From the NCBI GenBank assembly GCA_050015255.1, contig JBEKBT010000002.1, positions 13,545 through 77,544 on the forward strand: a stretch of 64,000 bases of DNA, given 5' to 3'. Both the position numbers and the translations under genes were made by a program. Below the pieces are notes generated by a model, which worked only from the letters and a program-made list of their open reading frames with translations, did not search any database and was not told where the DNA came from. The stretch comes from Acidimicrobiales bacterium. GTDB lineage: Bacteria; Actinomycetota; Acidimicrobiia; Acidimicrobiales; Bog-793. Positions 63,432-64,000 of the stretch are shown here, piece by piece. Within the stretch, counting starts at the first letter, position 1, and each line of letters opens with the position of its first letter.

Positions 63432-64000
63432 GTGCGTGACAACCCCTGGCTGGAGCGGCGGGTGATCGCCTTCGCGCACCAAGGGGGCGCGAGAGAGGCT
63501 CCTTCCAGCACCCTCTACGCGATCCGGCGGGCCCTCGAGCACGGAGCCACCGGGATCGAGCTCGACGTTCATGCCACCAGCGACAGGCGACTTGTCGTCA
63601 GCCACGACCCGACGCTCGACCGCACGACCAACGCCAACGGGGAGATCGCCCGTTCTCGCCTCGAGGACCTGCGCCAGCTCGACAACGCTTACTGGTTCTG
63701 CCCCGGCGAGAATGCCGTTCGAGGTCGCCCTCCCGAGGACTACGTGCTCAGGGGGAGAGCACCCGCCGATCGGGACCTCGGCGTCGCAACGCTCTCGGAG
63801 GTGCTGGAGGCCTTCCCCGGCGTCGTGCTCAACCTCGACATCAAGCTCACCGCCCCCGAGGTCGTTCCTTACGAGGAGGCCCTGGCCCGGGAGCTGGCAG
63901 AGCACGGCCGGAGGGACGGGGTGATCGTGGCCTCCTTCTCGGACACGGCGACGGCGGCGTTCGCCAGGTGGGCACCCGAGGTCGGCATCGTGGCCGGCCA
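63432..64000 (+). CDS. glycerophosphodiester phosphodiesterase family protein (3' end beyond the window)
   Basis: Not in the track because there is no stop in the window. My own translation from GTG 63432: VRDNPWLERRVIAFAHQGGAREAPSSTLYAIRRALEHGATGIELDVHATSDRRLVVSHDPTLDRTTN... shows the GDPD catalytic pattern (H-x-G ... E-x-D-V ... H-D). Confidence 0.8.
   Translation, partial: MRDNPWLERRVIAFAHQGGAREAPSSTLYAIRRALEHGATGIELDVHATSDRRLVVSHDPTLDRTTNANGEIARSRLEDLRQLDNAYWFCPGENAVRGRPPEDYVLRGRAPADRDLGVATLSEVLEAFPGVVLNLDIKLTAPEVVPYEEALARELAEHGRRDGVIVASFSDTATAAFARWAPEVGIVAG

Noticed and set aside
1-64000. tRNA, rRNA, tmRNA, SRP RNA, RNase P RNA, and mobile elements or prophage
   Set aside because: I scanned intergenic regions by eye for T-loop (GGTTCGAATCC-like) and other hallmark sequences and for transposase/integrase-like ORFs and found none. 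A missed small RNA cannot be excluded without tRNAscan-SE or Infernal.

Overview
This is a high-GC bacterial chromosomal core segment. Third codon positions are visibly G/C-rich in all called frames; GC content was not computed. It is most consistent with Actinomycetota, based on DUF2469, DUF4232 and DUF4331 proteins, a tandem-GNAT MshD-like protein, and Lys/Ala/Pro-rich tails on S16 and FtsY. I call about 66 protein genes. I found no rRNA, tRNA, CRISPR array, transposase or integrase. Blocks: (i) a methyltransferase, rmlC and a RodZ-like membrane protein. (ii) A suf Fe-S operon, sufB-[Cys4 ORF]-sufD-Rieske-sufC, without sufR/sufS/sufU in the window. (iii) pckG and thiL. (iv) A long ancient synteny block: rpmB / yloV(DAK2)-recG-rsmD-coaD-x-yceD-rpmF-plsX-acp-rnc-mutM-smc-ftsY-ffh-rpsP-KH-rimM-trmD-rplS-DUF2469-yraN ... 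comM-dprA, with many 1-4 nt stop/start overlaps. (v) A ~3.3 kb accessory insertion between yraN and comM (Zn-ribbon protein, membrane protein, GH43, DUF4232). (vi) ald, a MurD-like ligase plus PP-loop protein pair (MurD2/MurL-like), dxs, an SRAP peptidase, a CDF transporter, an NTP-transferase, Nfu, an aldo/keto reductase and a GNAT. (vii) A putative Mg2+ module: a TM-less MgtE-N/CBS protein, a 346 nt structured leader, and an Nramp homolog with NRMT-type metal-site substitutions. (viii) An uncharacterised tightly coupled cluster: GT4, methyltransferase, prenyltransferase/terpene-cyclase-fold protein, and a convergent methyltransferase. (ix) A frameshifted UPF0016/GDT1 gene, pepN, a PfkB kinase and a GDPD. 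The most unusual non-genic signal is a recurrent set of short imperfect tandem duplications lying on gene 3' ends and stop codons, at seven loci or more. All family calls come from motif recognition by eye on the supplied translations. No searches or computations were run.
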